Shown here piece after piece: positions 54,389 through 64,000 of a DNA stretch of 64,000 nucleotides. The stretch spans positions 80,735,423 through 80,799,422 of the forward strand of contig NC_068989.1 in assembly GCF_001194135.2 (NCBI RefSeq), given 5' to 3'. The translations under genes and the position numbers were made by a program. Numbering within the stretch: the first letter of the stretch is position 1; every line of letters starts with the position of its first letter. Under the pieces are notes generated by a model that worked only from the letters and a program-made list of their open reading frames with translations, was not told the origin of the DNA and did not search any database. Origin of the DNA: Octopus bimaculoides (Eukaryota).

Positions 54389-54855
54389 CAGTGGTTCTCA
54401 ACTGTTTTTTTTTTGTTGTTTTTGTTTTTTTGCCTATGGACCCCGTTGGCTTCTATTTTAATCAGGTAGACCCTCATAAATATTCGATGTTTTAGAAAAA
54501 TCTGAATATATTTTTATAATTAAATTCAAATTACGATAAACGTAAACAAACAAACAAAGTTTGCTTTTAGAATCTTTGAGATGTCTTAGAAAGTTAAAGA
54601 AGTGATTTTAAATTCTCAATTGCAGGATAATGCTAATAATATAGCCTGAACAACCCCTGTTTTGCAGAAAAATGTGTAGGTGGTTAGCATTATCCTGCGA
54701 TTGAGAATTTAAAATCACTTCTTTAACTTTTTATAATTAAATCTTAAGAACTGTATTTAAAAAATTGTTAAAATATTTTGTTTATTTTAGAAGTAATAAC
54801 CAATTTATTGCGCATTTGACAAAATCTTATATGGACCCCAATCGAAAAACCACTG
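54389..54855. mobile_element. hAT-like MITE containing an internal 47-bp inverted repeat
   Basis: Ends cagtggttctcaac / aaaaaccactg. Degenerate 8-bp TSD ctcaagat / ctccaggt. Confidence 0.65.
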
Positions 54856-55877
54856 CTCCAGGTCAATGTAATAATAATAGTAACCTTTTCTACTAAAGGC
54901 ATAAGGTCTGAAATTTTGTAGGGAGGGGACTAGTTGATTGCATTGACCCCAGTGTTTCACTGGTGCTTAATTTATTGACCCCAAAAAGATGGAAGTCAAA
55001 GTTAACCTCAGCAGAATTTGAACTCAGAATGTCAAGATGGGTAAAATACCACTAAACATTTCGTCCAGTGTGCTAATGATTCTGCTAGCTTGCTACCTTA
55101 ATAATAATAATAAAGTACAGGGAACAAATAGGGGCTGCAATAAGGAGTACATGGAACATATAGGGGCTGCAATAAGGGTGAAGCACTTGCAAAAAACGGC
55201 ACTGCTTGGAACTGCTCGAATATTCCGGATGGTGTTCGAAAAATGAGGGGTGTTACCTTAGTTCACTGGTAGTGAACAGCTGACACAGTAGTTAGTACAT
55301 CTCCAACGTTAGAAGCTGTGCAAAGGGAATACAATAATGATGATAATCTTTTCTGCTATAGGCACAAGGCCCGAAATTTGGGAGACGGAGGTAGTCGATT
55401 ACATCGACCCCAGTACTCAACTGGTACTTAATTTATCGACCCCAAAAGATGAAAGGCAAAGTCAACTTTGGTGGAATTTGAACTCGGAACATAGCAGCAG
55501 ACAAAATACTGCTAAGCATTTCGCCTGGCTTGCTAACAATTCTGTGAGCTCACCACCTTAATACTAATAGTAATGATAATTATTATTATTATTAATAATA
55601 ATTTCTAGTATAGGCACAAGGTCAGAAATTTGGAGAGTTGGTTTATTAAATTAACTCCAATATTTATTTTATTGCCATATACAAAATTATTTAAAATGAA
55701 AAATAAAAAGAAAATTACATGCTTTCATGGTAACAGTTTTTTTTTTTGTTTTGTTTTGTTTTTTGGGGTCTTTTTATGACTTTCTTTTTCTTTCCCCCCA
55801 AATCTTGAGAAAAGAAAATAAACATGACTTAATCTGTTTGGTGTTTGTTGAAACATTCTTTGATATTTGTATTTTAG

Positions 55878-55968
55878 AGACACCAGCAGTGATGAAGATG
55901 ATGTTCCTGCCCAAAAAGAAGGCCTCTTGAGGGCTCCCATGGCAAGTCAAAGCATGGACAATCTCTAT
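55878..55968 (+). CDS. GARRE1: GARRE1-like coding exon 5
   Basis: Acceptor tttgtattttag|A (phase 2, compatible with exon 4). Encodes DTSSDEDDVPAQKEGLLRAPMASQSMDNLY. Donor TAT|gtcagt, phase 0, compatible with exon 6. Little direct similarity to human is recalled; support is splice and phase consistency. Confidence 0.7.
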
Positions 55969-56354
55969 GTCAGTATCTCCTCTTTCTTTCTCTCTCTCTC
56001 TCTCTCTCTCTCTCCCACATTTATTTGTAACTGTAAACTAGATAGTGTGGTTAAGAAGTTTTCTTCACAACCACATGGTTTTGGGTTTGGTCTTACTGTA
56101 TGGCACCTTGTGTAAGTAAGTGTCTACTACTGAAACTCTGGGCTATAATAGAAGAGCATCTTGTGTAGGAATTTGATAGAAACTGCAGGGAAGCCCATCT
56201 TTGTGTGTACATGAGCATATGTGCATCAGTGTTATTCTATGCTTGTCACTCTTGAGCAAGTCAGTGATGTTGACATTCCTTATTGGTATTCGAACCATAT
56301 TCTTTGCAATTTCAAAAACCCCTGGAGCAAAAAAAAAATAATAAAATAAACAAG

Positions 56355-56914
56355 TACTGCCTATGGCCACTTTAAGGTGTTTGTCCTCTAAGAGGCAACA
56401 ATACTGTCATTTAACCCCAGGAATACATCTCCTCCAGCTAGTTTATTCAGTGTGCTGGGGTTAAATGGCAGCATCATCATCTCTTAGAGGACAGCCACAT
56501 TAAAATGGCCATAAGCAATATTTTTTGGTTTGTATACTGCTTCTATTTCAAATGCAGATTTTCTAACATACTAGTTGCCTCGTTAAAAAAATCAGTGATG
56601 GTATGACACTTGTGTTTTCTATATATTGCAAATGAGGTTAAATTGCTGTTATGCTTGGCAAACAAGTACCCATCACTGAGGAGATCCAGTACAGATCGAA
56701 ACCACTTGGTCTGATAGTCATGAAATCAGAGTGACAGGAGTTATTTCCCACTTGCAATATTGGGTGCAAGAAGTGCACTGATTAAACCTACTGGAGATGT
56801 CTTCCTGGGGTTAAATGGCAGTATCATCGTCTCTTAGAGGACAGCCACATTAAAGTGGCCATAAGCAATACTTTTTGGTTCATATATTGCTTCTATTTGA
56901 AGCAGATTTTCTAA
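56355..56914. repeat. Foldback structure: one ~66-bp arm and two inverted copies
   Basis: Arm 56355-56420 is the reverse complement of both 56455-56520 and 56805-56870. 56455-56566 and 56805-56914 are direct repeats. Confidence 0.85.
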
Positions 56915-57065
56915 ATTCTTTGCTCAAATAACTCTGTCCAGTCCATGGAAAAACATGCTAAATGAACAAACAAGCATAAAAATCATGAACAACAAACGGA
57001 AAAAAAAGAACTCATTACAAATGCAGAGTCAAATATTTTTGTTATTTTTATTGACAGTAACTTAA

Positions 57066-57285
57066 CTCTTTAGCATTTAAACCAGCCATATTCAGCATAA
57101 GTATTCTATCTGTTTTATGTTCAAACTGACCATATCCTGCCTCTCACACATAACCTATAATGTCATTCTAAAAATAAACAATCACCTCATTGAAATTTTG
57201 AAGCCAGAAGATAATGCATGGTTAATTCTAAATAATGTGAATAAATATGCATTGCATTTGACAGAATAATTTGAATGCTAAAGGG
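57066..57285. mobile_element. piggyBac-like MITE (TTAA TSD)
   Basis: ttaa|ctctttagcattt ... aatgctaaaggg|ttaa. Related copies at 59153-59357 and 62099-62310. Confidence 0.7.
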
Positions 57286-57905
57286 TTAAGAGTGTCAAGA
57301 GTCGTTGACCTCGTAAATCTGAGAATGCCAATTGCTGGTGAAACTTAGAAGATATTACTGTCAATAAAATTATTAAAGATGTGTGGGTGTGTATGTGTTT
57401 ATATGTTAGTTTCAGCTAAACAGACATTACATGCCTGAACTGCAGATTTTTTTTGACTGCACACACCAGTGCCAATAGGTGTAGTCATTTGAAAGACCAG
57501 TAGAGCAAGATTACAGTTTGAGTATGTCGTCCCGGCATTTCGCATAAATTAACATAAATTAACATATATAATAAGACTTTATTTATTTGCAACATAAAGT
57601 TGTATGTGAGCACAAATAAATTTTTGTACAACATAAACAAAAGCTATATATATCGTCGTCGTCGTTTAACGTCCGCTTTCCATGCTAGCATGGGTTGGAC
57701 GATTTGACTGAGGACTGGTGAAACCAGGTGGCTACACCAGGCTCCAATCTGGTTTGGTAGAGTTTCTACAGCTGTATACCCTTCCTAACGCCAACCACTC
57801 AGAGAGTGTAGTGGGTGCTTTTACGTGTCACCCGCACAAAGTCCAGTCAGGCGATACTGGCAACGGCCACGCTCAAAATGGTGCATTTCATGTGCCACCC
57901 GCACA

Positions 57906-57942
<37 letters not shown>

Positions 57943-59152
57943 CTTTTGAAATATTGCCAGATCAGATTGGAGCCTGGTGCAGCTGCTGGTTTTCCACTGT
58001 CCAACCCATGCTAGCATGGAAAATGGACATTAAATGATGATAATGATGATGATGATGATTTTATATATATGTGTGTGTGTGTGTGTACACATACATACAC
58101 ACAAAGCTGCAGGCATGGTTGTGTAGTTAAGTAGTTCACTTCTCAACCACATGATTTCGAGTTAAGTCTTATAGCATGGCACACCTTGGGCAAGTGTTTT
58201 CTACTGTAGCCCTAGACTGACCAATGCCTTGTGAATAAATTTGGCCAATGGAAACTATGAAGCCCATCGTATGCATATGTACATGTGTGCATGCACATAT
58301 GTGTGTTTGTATGAGAGTTTTCATTCTAGGTTTCATATGGAAAAGTACTGAGTGAGAAATAGCAAAGTCTATTGTCAATCACTGTCAAGAAATTGTCTAT
58401 GATTTGAAAGACATGAAATATTAATTCATCATCATCATCGTTTAACGTCCGCTTTAAAAAATAGTTAAGGCTTGACATGGAAAAACGGGTGTAAAACAAA
58501 GGAATGTTCAGACATTGTCATTCAGTTGTTGGACAGTGTCCAAGAATTTTAGTCAATTATATCAATAGCTAGCATTTATAAAATGTCTAAGATAAAAGTT
58601 GGCATTAGGAAGGGCATCCAGCCATAGAAAACATGACAAAACTGACAATGGAGCCTGGTGCAGCTCCCAACCTAACCAGCTTCTGTCAAACTGTCTAACC
58701 CATGCCAGTATGGAAAGTAGACATTAAATGATGGTGATATATGCATATATCTGACAAACATCCATACTGTTTATGTTTGCCAATTTCATTTACAAGGCTT
58801 TGGACAACCCATGCTTATAGTTTTAGCCACTTTGCCCAAGTTACTTTGTAATGGAGTCAAACCTCGAACTGCATGCTTACGGAGTAAACTTTTTTAACCG
58901 TGTAGCTATACACTCACACACATACATATATAGGCATCCCCTGTGCTACTGAAGTATTGCTGTCCTGAACTTGGAATTCCATAATGCTATACATTTTTTA
59001 CCATTGGTTGTTATGTTACTTGGAGATCAATGAGCATGGTGGCAGATGTTCATTATTTAGCACTGAAGATTCAGTTATCTGATCAACTGCATGACCTACT
59101 CATACAATAACATGTAATTTATTGAACACTCCACAGATACATGTACTGTTAA

Positions 59153-59357
59153 CCTTTTAGCATTTAATCTGGCTTATCTACTCCAAATATCCTACATGTT
59201 TTAAGTTCAGATCCAGCTTCTCACACCTACTCTACAATGTCGTTTCTAAAAATAAGCAATCAAATCAATGAAACCTTGAAGCTATTAAATAAAGCATGAT
59301 TTATTCAAAACAGCAGATAAGCATCACATTTAACAGAATAACCTGAATGCTAAATGG
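59153..59357. mobile_element. piggyBac-like MITE inserted at the TTAA of an old family A SINE
   Basis: TTAA on both sides. The flanks rejoin to give the SINE-A sequence ...ccacagatacatgtactg-ttaa-catatatttctc... Confidence 0.7.
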
Positions 59358-59649
59358 TTAACATATATTTCTCAACAGAGCAAGTGAGACACAGTTTGTG
59401 ACAAGGTTTTACCTTTGGATCACAGGCACAATCCATCCAATGGGCTTCTATACAGTTTTCATCAACTCAATTTTGCTCATAAAGCATGGGGTGGCCTTGG
59501 GCTATACAAAATGACAATTGTCCAAGATGCCCTGCATACATACATACATACACGCATATATGTATACTGTCACTCTCATAAAATCTGGAAAATTCATAGC
59601 AAAACTGATAAGACCCCAATATAGTAAGGATTTTGGTACTTGCAAAATA

Positions 59650-60053
59650 TATTCTTTTACTCTTTTACTTGTTTCAGTCATTTCACTACGGCTATGCTGG
59701 AGCACCGCCTTTAGTTGAGCAAATCGACCCCGGGACTTATTCTTTGTAAGCCTAGTACTTATTCTATCGGTCTCTTTAGCCAAACCGCTAAGTGATGGGG
59801 ACATAAACACACCAGCATCGGTTGTCAAGCAATGCTAGGGGGACAAACACAGACATACAAACACACACACACACACACATGTATATATATATATATACAT
59901 ATATGCGACAGGCTTCTTTCAGTTTCCATCTACCAAATCCACTCACAAGGCTTTGGCTGGCCCGAGGCTATTGTAGAAGACACTTGCCCAAGATGCCGCG
60001 CAGTGGGACTGAACCCAGAACCATGTAGTTGGTAAGCAAGCTACTTACCACAC
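59650..60053 (-). mobile_element. CORE-type tRNA SINE (family C), full length, with internal (CA)/(TA) microsatellite
   Basis: Head gtgtggtaagtagcttgc...gggttcagtcccactg, CORE-like cttgggcaagtgtctt, internal dinucleotide tract, and 3' module ending gactgaaacaagtaaaagagtaaaag. Confidence 0.75.
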
Positions 60054-61480
60054 CTAAATTCTAAATTTTATTTAAAGGTACTGAAAGAAAATGATTTTTA
60101 ATCATTTTCATAATAAAGTTTCTGACAATCGGACCGTATCATTTTGTTACCAGATACAAGTGCAGATTTATGAATATTTTGAATAACCATCAAAGGATTT
60201 TATAAAATATGAAAAATACCAATGCTTGTACTTGTTTGCTTTCCATATATGCCAACTCCTTGACATAAGGAAACCATAGGTACACAGCGACAATGTGTGT
60301 TTCAATAGATGGATAAACTGGGGTACCTGTTGCTGTTTAGCTACAGGCCAGCCCTGATTGAGCAAGACCTATGATCAAAAAATGCCTTCCGGTTATGACC
60401 ATTCCATCTGCTTTTTCTATATCTAAAACTAAATACATTCTCCATTGCGTCACTCTTTTCTCAAGACAGTAGAGTGCAATTTCAGAGAAATTGGCTGCTT
60501 TTCCTATCAGGTCAGGTGACTGCATAGAGCAGTGGCCTCAATCTATTGAATGTGGTACACTAGAGATTAAATAATAAAATCTACTGGTACACAGGAAATT
60601 AAAGAATAAATTTATTGGTACACTTTGCTTGGGTACTTAAGCAAAACTGTTTTAACCATTTTCTTGCCATATTTCTCTTGAAATATTTTGCCTTTGTTTC
60701 CATTAATGAACAACTTAGTAAACTAATCTAGTCATTATTAAGCTAGCCTTTGAAGCATGAATTAACAAGGTTTTAATCTAGATCATTTAATAATAGTCTA
60801 GGATCAGTCTCAGGCAATTTAGCATTAAAAGGAATAAAGTAAAAACTGATTTAAACCCTTTTGTTACCATATTTCATTTGAAATACTTTGCCTCTATCTC
60901 AATTAAGGAAGACTTTAGTGATATAATTTGGCCTTATTAAGTTGGTATGTAGAACAAATATTAACATGAAATTTCAATGGCACTTTAAAACAGGAAGTTT
61001 GTATCTGAGAACTAGATGCAGCTAGTTTCAGGCAGATTAGTATCAAGAGTTAAATGTTAAAAATTAGAAAAAAAATATAGAAAATTATTTAGCTTGTCTT
61101 ATTCATCATATTTGTGTATATAAGTTAAGAATAATATGTTTTTAAACATGCTCAGGCATTAGTTTGGGTTTTCTAAAAAAATGAATCATATATTTAAAAA
61201 TCTACAACAAACCTAGAAACTCTTCGTAGTGCATCATTTGAGGACCACTTATGCAGAGACTCCCTGTCATCTTTCTTCCTGGGTATGGTTGGCAGTTTGC
61301 CTTTCCCTGTTAAAGGGTCTTTTCTAAATTTTATTTTTAATTTATCTGCATACAGGGACCAATTTATTCGGCAAACTCTAGACCATGAGTCAGATTGTAC
61401 TGGGTTGCACCAACTCGTAGTATGTAGAACCTTTAGATGTAAACTAATTTGCATTTGCAATGATTACAGTAGTCATTGTA

Positions 61481-61965
61481 CAGGGGTTGGACAAAACAAT
61501 GGAAACACCTTAAAATTTCAAACAAATTTATTTTAATATGGGGTAGGACCACCTTTGGCAGTAATTACAGCTTGAATTCTATGAGGTATGGACTCGTACA
61601 AAGTTTGAATTGTTTCCAAAGGAATTTTTGTCCATTCTCCATCTAAAATGGTCTCCAGTTCTTGTAGTGATGTTGGTGGAGGATATCGACTCCTTGTTTT
61701 TCTAAATTGCACAATAAATGTTCAATAATATTGAGATCTGGGGACTGTGGTGGCCCTCTTTGAAAGTCCGATAGATCTGTCATTTCAATGAATTTTAATT
61801 ACCTTTTTCTGATGATATCTGAAAAGAAACAGCAATTTTAGCAAAAACATATTAAGCAACACTAATAATAAATCAAAAAACATAAAAATAAACAAGCTTT
61901 TGATGGTTTTATAGATATTTCAAAATTATGATGCTAGGTGTTTCCATTATTTTGTCCAACCCCTG
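61481..61965 (-). mobile_element. Internally deleted Tc1/mariner transposon with transposase C-terminal remnant
   Basis: TA-flanked TIRs caggggttggacaaaacaatggaaacacct / aggtgtttccattattttgtccaacccctg. Minus strand 61533-61757 gives PPQSPDLNIIEHL and WTKIPLETIQTLYESIPHRIQAVITAKGGPTPY*. Confidence 0.9.
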
Positions 61966-62592
61966 TATATACATATGTTCCATAATAGGATGCCTCTGGG
62001 AAAGTCAAATTGGGTATTTTATTATTTGGGGTATTTTACTTATTCAATTTTTTATTCATCCCATCCCGCTCCATCACAGATCTTTGTTTCCAAATTAACC
62101 CTTTAATATACAAACTGGCCATATCCAGCCCAAATATTCCACCAGTTTTATGTTCAAATTAACCAGATCCAACCTCTCATACCTACCCTACAATGTCTTT
62201 TAAAAATAGACACCTACATCATTGAAATCTCAAAGCTACAAGATAATGCATGATTAATTCAAAACAATGTCAATAATTAAAAATTACTGAATAATCTAAA
62301 TGCTAATGAGCTAAACTTAATTTCTATTTTCCAGTGTTTCATGTATATACTTAGTGCTAACATCTCTTTGAAAAACATATATCAGGTGTATTTTGTGGGG
62401 TTCCTAGATCACCAACCCAACCAAACAATAGATTTCTTGTTTTTCAGAAGTAGTATCTGTTGTCAAACAAGCTGTGTTATGTGTCTGATTTAAGGATAAA
62501 ATATCCACATTTCAAGTCCGAATTAAAAATGGAAAAAATTTGATAAAAAATTTAATCACATGTGCATGTTTATGTATACTTACATACACATG

Positions 62593-62801
62593 CTGGGGTG
62601 GGCAAAAGTAGGTATATAACTGCTTAATATGTAAGCATTTCAAGATGTATATAAAAATAAAAAAGATGGCTTCCAATGAACTAGGCATCTCCCACAGATC
62701 CCTTAGTCAACTTCTGAATCACTTGGGTAAAAAAGGAATAGAGAAATGGAAAGAACATTCCACTCATTAAGCAACTGTATACCTATTTTTGCCCACCCCT
62801 G
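62593..62801. mobile_element. Tc1/mariner-type MITE ~60 nt upstream of exon 6
   Basis: TIRs of ~34 bp, ggggtgggcaaaagtaggtatataactgcttaat / attaagcaactgtatacctatttttgcccacccc, followed by TA. Confidence 0.8.
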
Positions 62802-62861
62802 TATAAACACACACACACACACACATATATATAAAAAAAAATTTTTTTTTTTTTCTTTTAG

Positions 62862-63060
62862 GATTGCAAATCAACATATACTTGGCCACCGAAGCACCCA
62901 TGGGCACGCCGCAGCAACCTAGTCCATAATTCACCAGAACTTGACTGTTCGGAATCTACCCAATCAATAGGTGGTACGCCTGGTGTAGGGCCCCCAATTC
63001 ATTCATGTGGGCCATGGTCAGCTGACCCACTTCACCTTCCTAGAAACATGTGGCCCACAG
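62862..63060 (+). CDS. GARRE1: GARRE1-like coding exon 6
   Basis: Long poly-T acceptor ttttcttttag|GAT (phase 0). Encodes DCKSTYTWPPKHPWARR...RNMWPT, versus recalled human DNKTKTWPPKAPW. Donor ACAG|gtaaag (199 nt, phase 1). Confidence 0.85.
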
Positions 63061-63114
63061 GTAAAGTTTTGCTTTTTATATTTACTGCTTTCTTTTTACT
63101 TATAATTGTTACAG

Positions 63115-63257
63115 GATTTTGGGAGCATTCCAGTCCTGGTGCAGATGACCTCTGTAGTGCCAACATCATGATACAACTCACCTCAGTTCATATTGCAAAC
63201 CTCAAGGTCCTGTCCTTGATGCAGTGTGGTGGTTTGTGTGCTATGCCAGGGAAGTAG
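63115..63257 (+). CDS. Possible terminal coding exon of the GARRE1-like gene
   Basis: Acceptor-like ttgttacag|GA is phase-compatible and gives (G)FWEHSSPGADDLC...PGK*. It implies an intron of only 54 nt, and no homology is recognised. Confidence 0.3.
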
Positions 63258-63416
63258 AAAGCTCCTGGTTAGGGCCTCCCATATTGGACAGGTCAAAGGA
63301 CAAAGGCCAGACTATTGACTGCCTCTTCCCAGAGGTAAAAATTGGTTTGTGTCACATCAACCCCACCTGGTCCACTCCACCTAGAAAAATCAAAGTTTCA
63401 GAAGCATTGATGACAA

Positions 63417-63503
63417 TTGAAAACCTACAAGACCCTGGGAGAGAAACAGTGGAGAAAGGTCATTGATGGCTTATGCTCCATAGGGAGTGAAGGACTTAAG
63501 TGA
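63417..63503 (+). mobile_element. RTE LINE extreme 3' remnant
   Basis: KQWRKVIDGLCSIGSEGLK* matches the recalled C-terminus of RTE/SR2-like elements. Confidence 0.55.
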
Positions 63504-63784
63504 GTGATATTGCAAAGTTGTTGAGAGGAAAGGTTGGTAAAAATGAAGGCAAGGAAAGGAAGATGGAACATAGTTGTTGACACTATGAGCCACAATGGGA
63601 GCAGCCTGTATCAGAGAGCAGATACTCTAACACAGTATATAAAAGCCTTCCGTAATGCTGGTAGCACAATGAAATATGCCTAGTCCATGCTGGAAAATGG
63701 TTGGTGATAGAAACAGCCATCAGCTGTGAAAACCATACCAAAATCACAGCAACAAAGATTAGTGATTTTCCTCTGTAACAGTGA

Positions 63785-64000
63785 GAAATGGTCAAGGCTG
63801 AAGTGCTTTATGGTAGTTTCTTATATCTCTGAACACATAAGGACTGCTATGAAGTCAATTGGAATGGCTCCAAAAGATATAGAAGTCCTCGCTTCAGATC
63901 GAGTTGGATGGCGAACAAGGGTGTGGAGTGGAGTGAAAGCATTTGAAGAGGCCAGGATGATGCAAGCAGGGCTCAAGAGACATTTAAGGAAAAATGTAAA
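63785..64000 (+). mobile_element. RTE LINE C-terminal remnant running off the window
   Basis: EVLYG, then SEHIRTAMKSIGMAPKDIEVLASDRVGWRTRVWSGVKAFEEAR (from 63828). Confidence 0.7.

Larger units (their letters stand above)
4153..55560. repeat. Further family B SINE copies, approximately: 4153-4395(+), 4995-5225(+), 31780-31990(-), 32557-32769(-), 38150-38370(-), 50270-50450(-), 54890-55100(-), 55350-55560(-)
   Basis: Shared gaatttgaactcagaa / gaaaggatgaaaggcaaagtcgac motifs. Several carry (TTA)n tails. Confidence 0.75.
720..58260. repeat. Further family C SINE copies or halves, approximately: 720-870(-), 7465-7870, 13488-13640(+), 22580-22742(-), 34434-34700(-), 38425-38580(+), 44022-44420(+), 45645-45895(+), 46090-46445(+), 50800-51135(-), 58110-58260(+)
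   Basis: Recurring gtggttaagaagctt / ccttgggcaagtgtcttcta / gtggatttggtagatggaaactg motifs. Confidence 0.7.
2398..58740. repeat. Further dispersed RTE 3'-tail copies, approximately: 2398-2760(-), 6845-7060(-), 9335-9510(+), 12920-13320(-), 31010-31220(+), 34185-34410(-), 36050-36230(-), 42739-43225(-), 51315-51594(-), 52210-52380(+), 57654-57906(-), 57956-58058(+), 58426-58455(-), 58598-58740(+)
   Basis: Recurring ggatgcccttcctaac / ccatgc(t/c)agcatgg / (gat)n motifs on both strands. Boundaries are approximate. Confidence 0.75.
1605..60540. repeat. Unclassified ~200-300 bp dispersed family, approximately: 1605-1805(+), 14650-14850(+), 28150-28230(-), 38975-39190(-), 47860-48110(-), 49650-49850(-), 60330-60540(-)
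   Basis: Shared ctgctagaaatagcagccaaat and tctgctcaa(t/c)cagggctgac.tggggctaaa motifs. Confidence 0.6.

Noticed and set aside
2324-57942. Recurring peptides such as WLDALPNANH, MIGSTGTLDV and SEFKFRRGRL in many short ORFs
   Set aside because: They are translations of LINE UTR and SINE sequence, not a protein family.

Overview
This is AT-rich eukaryotic (animal) DNA, not prokaryotic. It is saturated with microsatellites, tRNA-derived SINEs, RTE-clade LINE tails and MITEs, and has nine N gaps. The repeat repertoire and draft-assembly style point to an Octopus genome (inference from recalled repeat families). The window holds most of one + strand spliced gene, a likely homologue of GARRE1/KIAA0355 (granule-associated Rac and RHOG effector). 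Six coding exons can be chained using canonical splice sites: 10751-11329, 20251-20998, 27185->27739 (3' end lost in a gap), 37836-37958, 55878-55968 and 62862-63060. Phases are compatible at every junction that can be tested. The assignment rests on recalled similarity to human GARRE1: the DUF4745 helical region, the EEELDSVINLLSG helix, RNTWP, WSGVQDSSDFSDDSS and TWPPKHPW. No database search was run. The most notable points are: apparent absence of the vertebrate central region; repeated W-P motifs; a uORF-laden leader with a TAATG stop/start overlap; a read-through ORF ending in a LINE-derived tail; several strong intronic RNA hairpins; and inverted repeat pairs flanking exons. There are no CRISPR arrays, rRNA genes or convincing true tRNA genes, and most ORFs in the supplied track are artefacts of repeats, microsatellites or gaps. 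I found no clearly new biological system.
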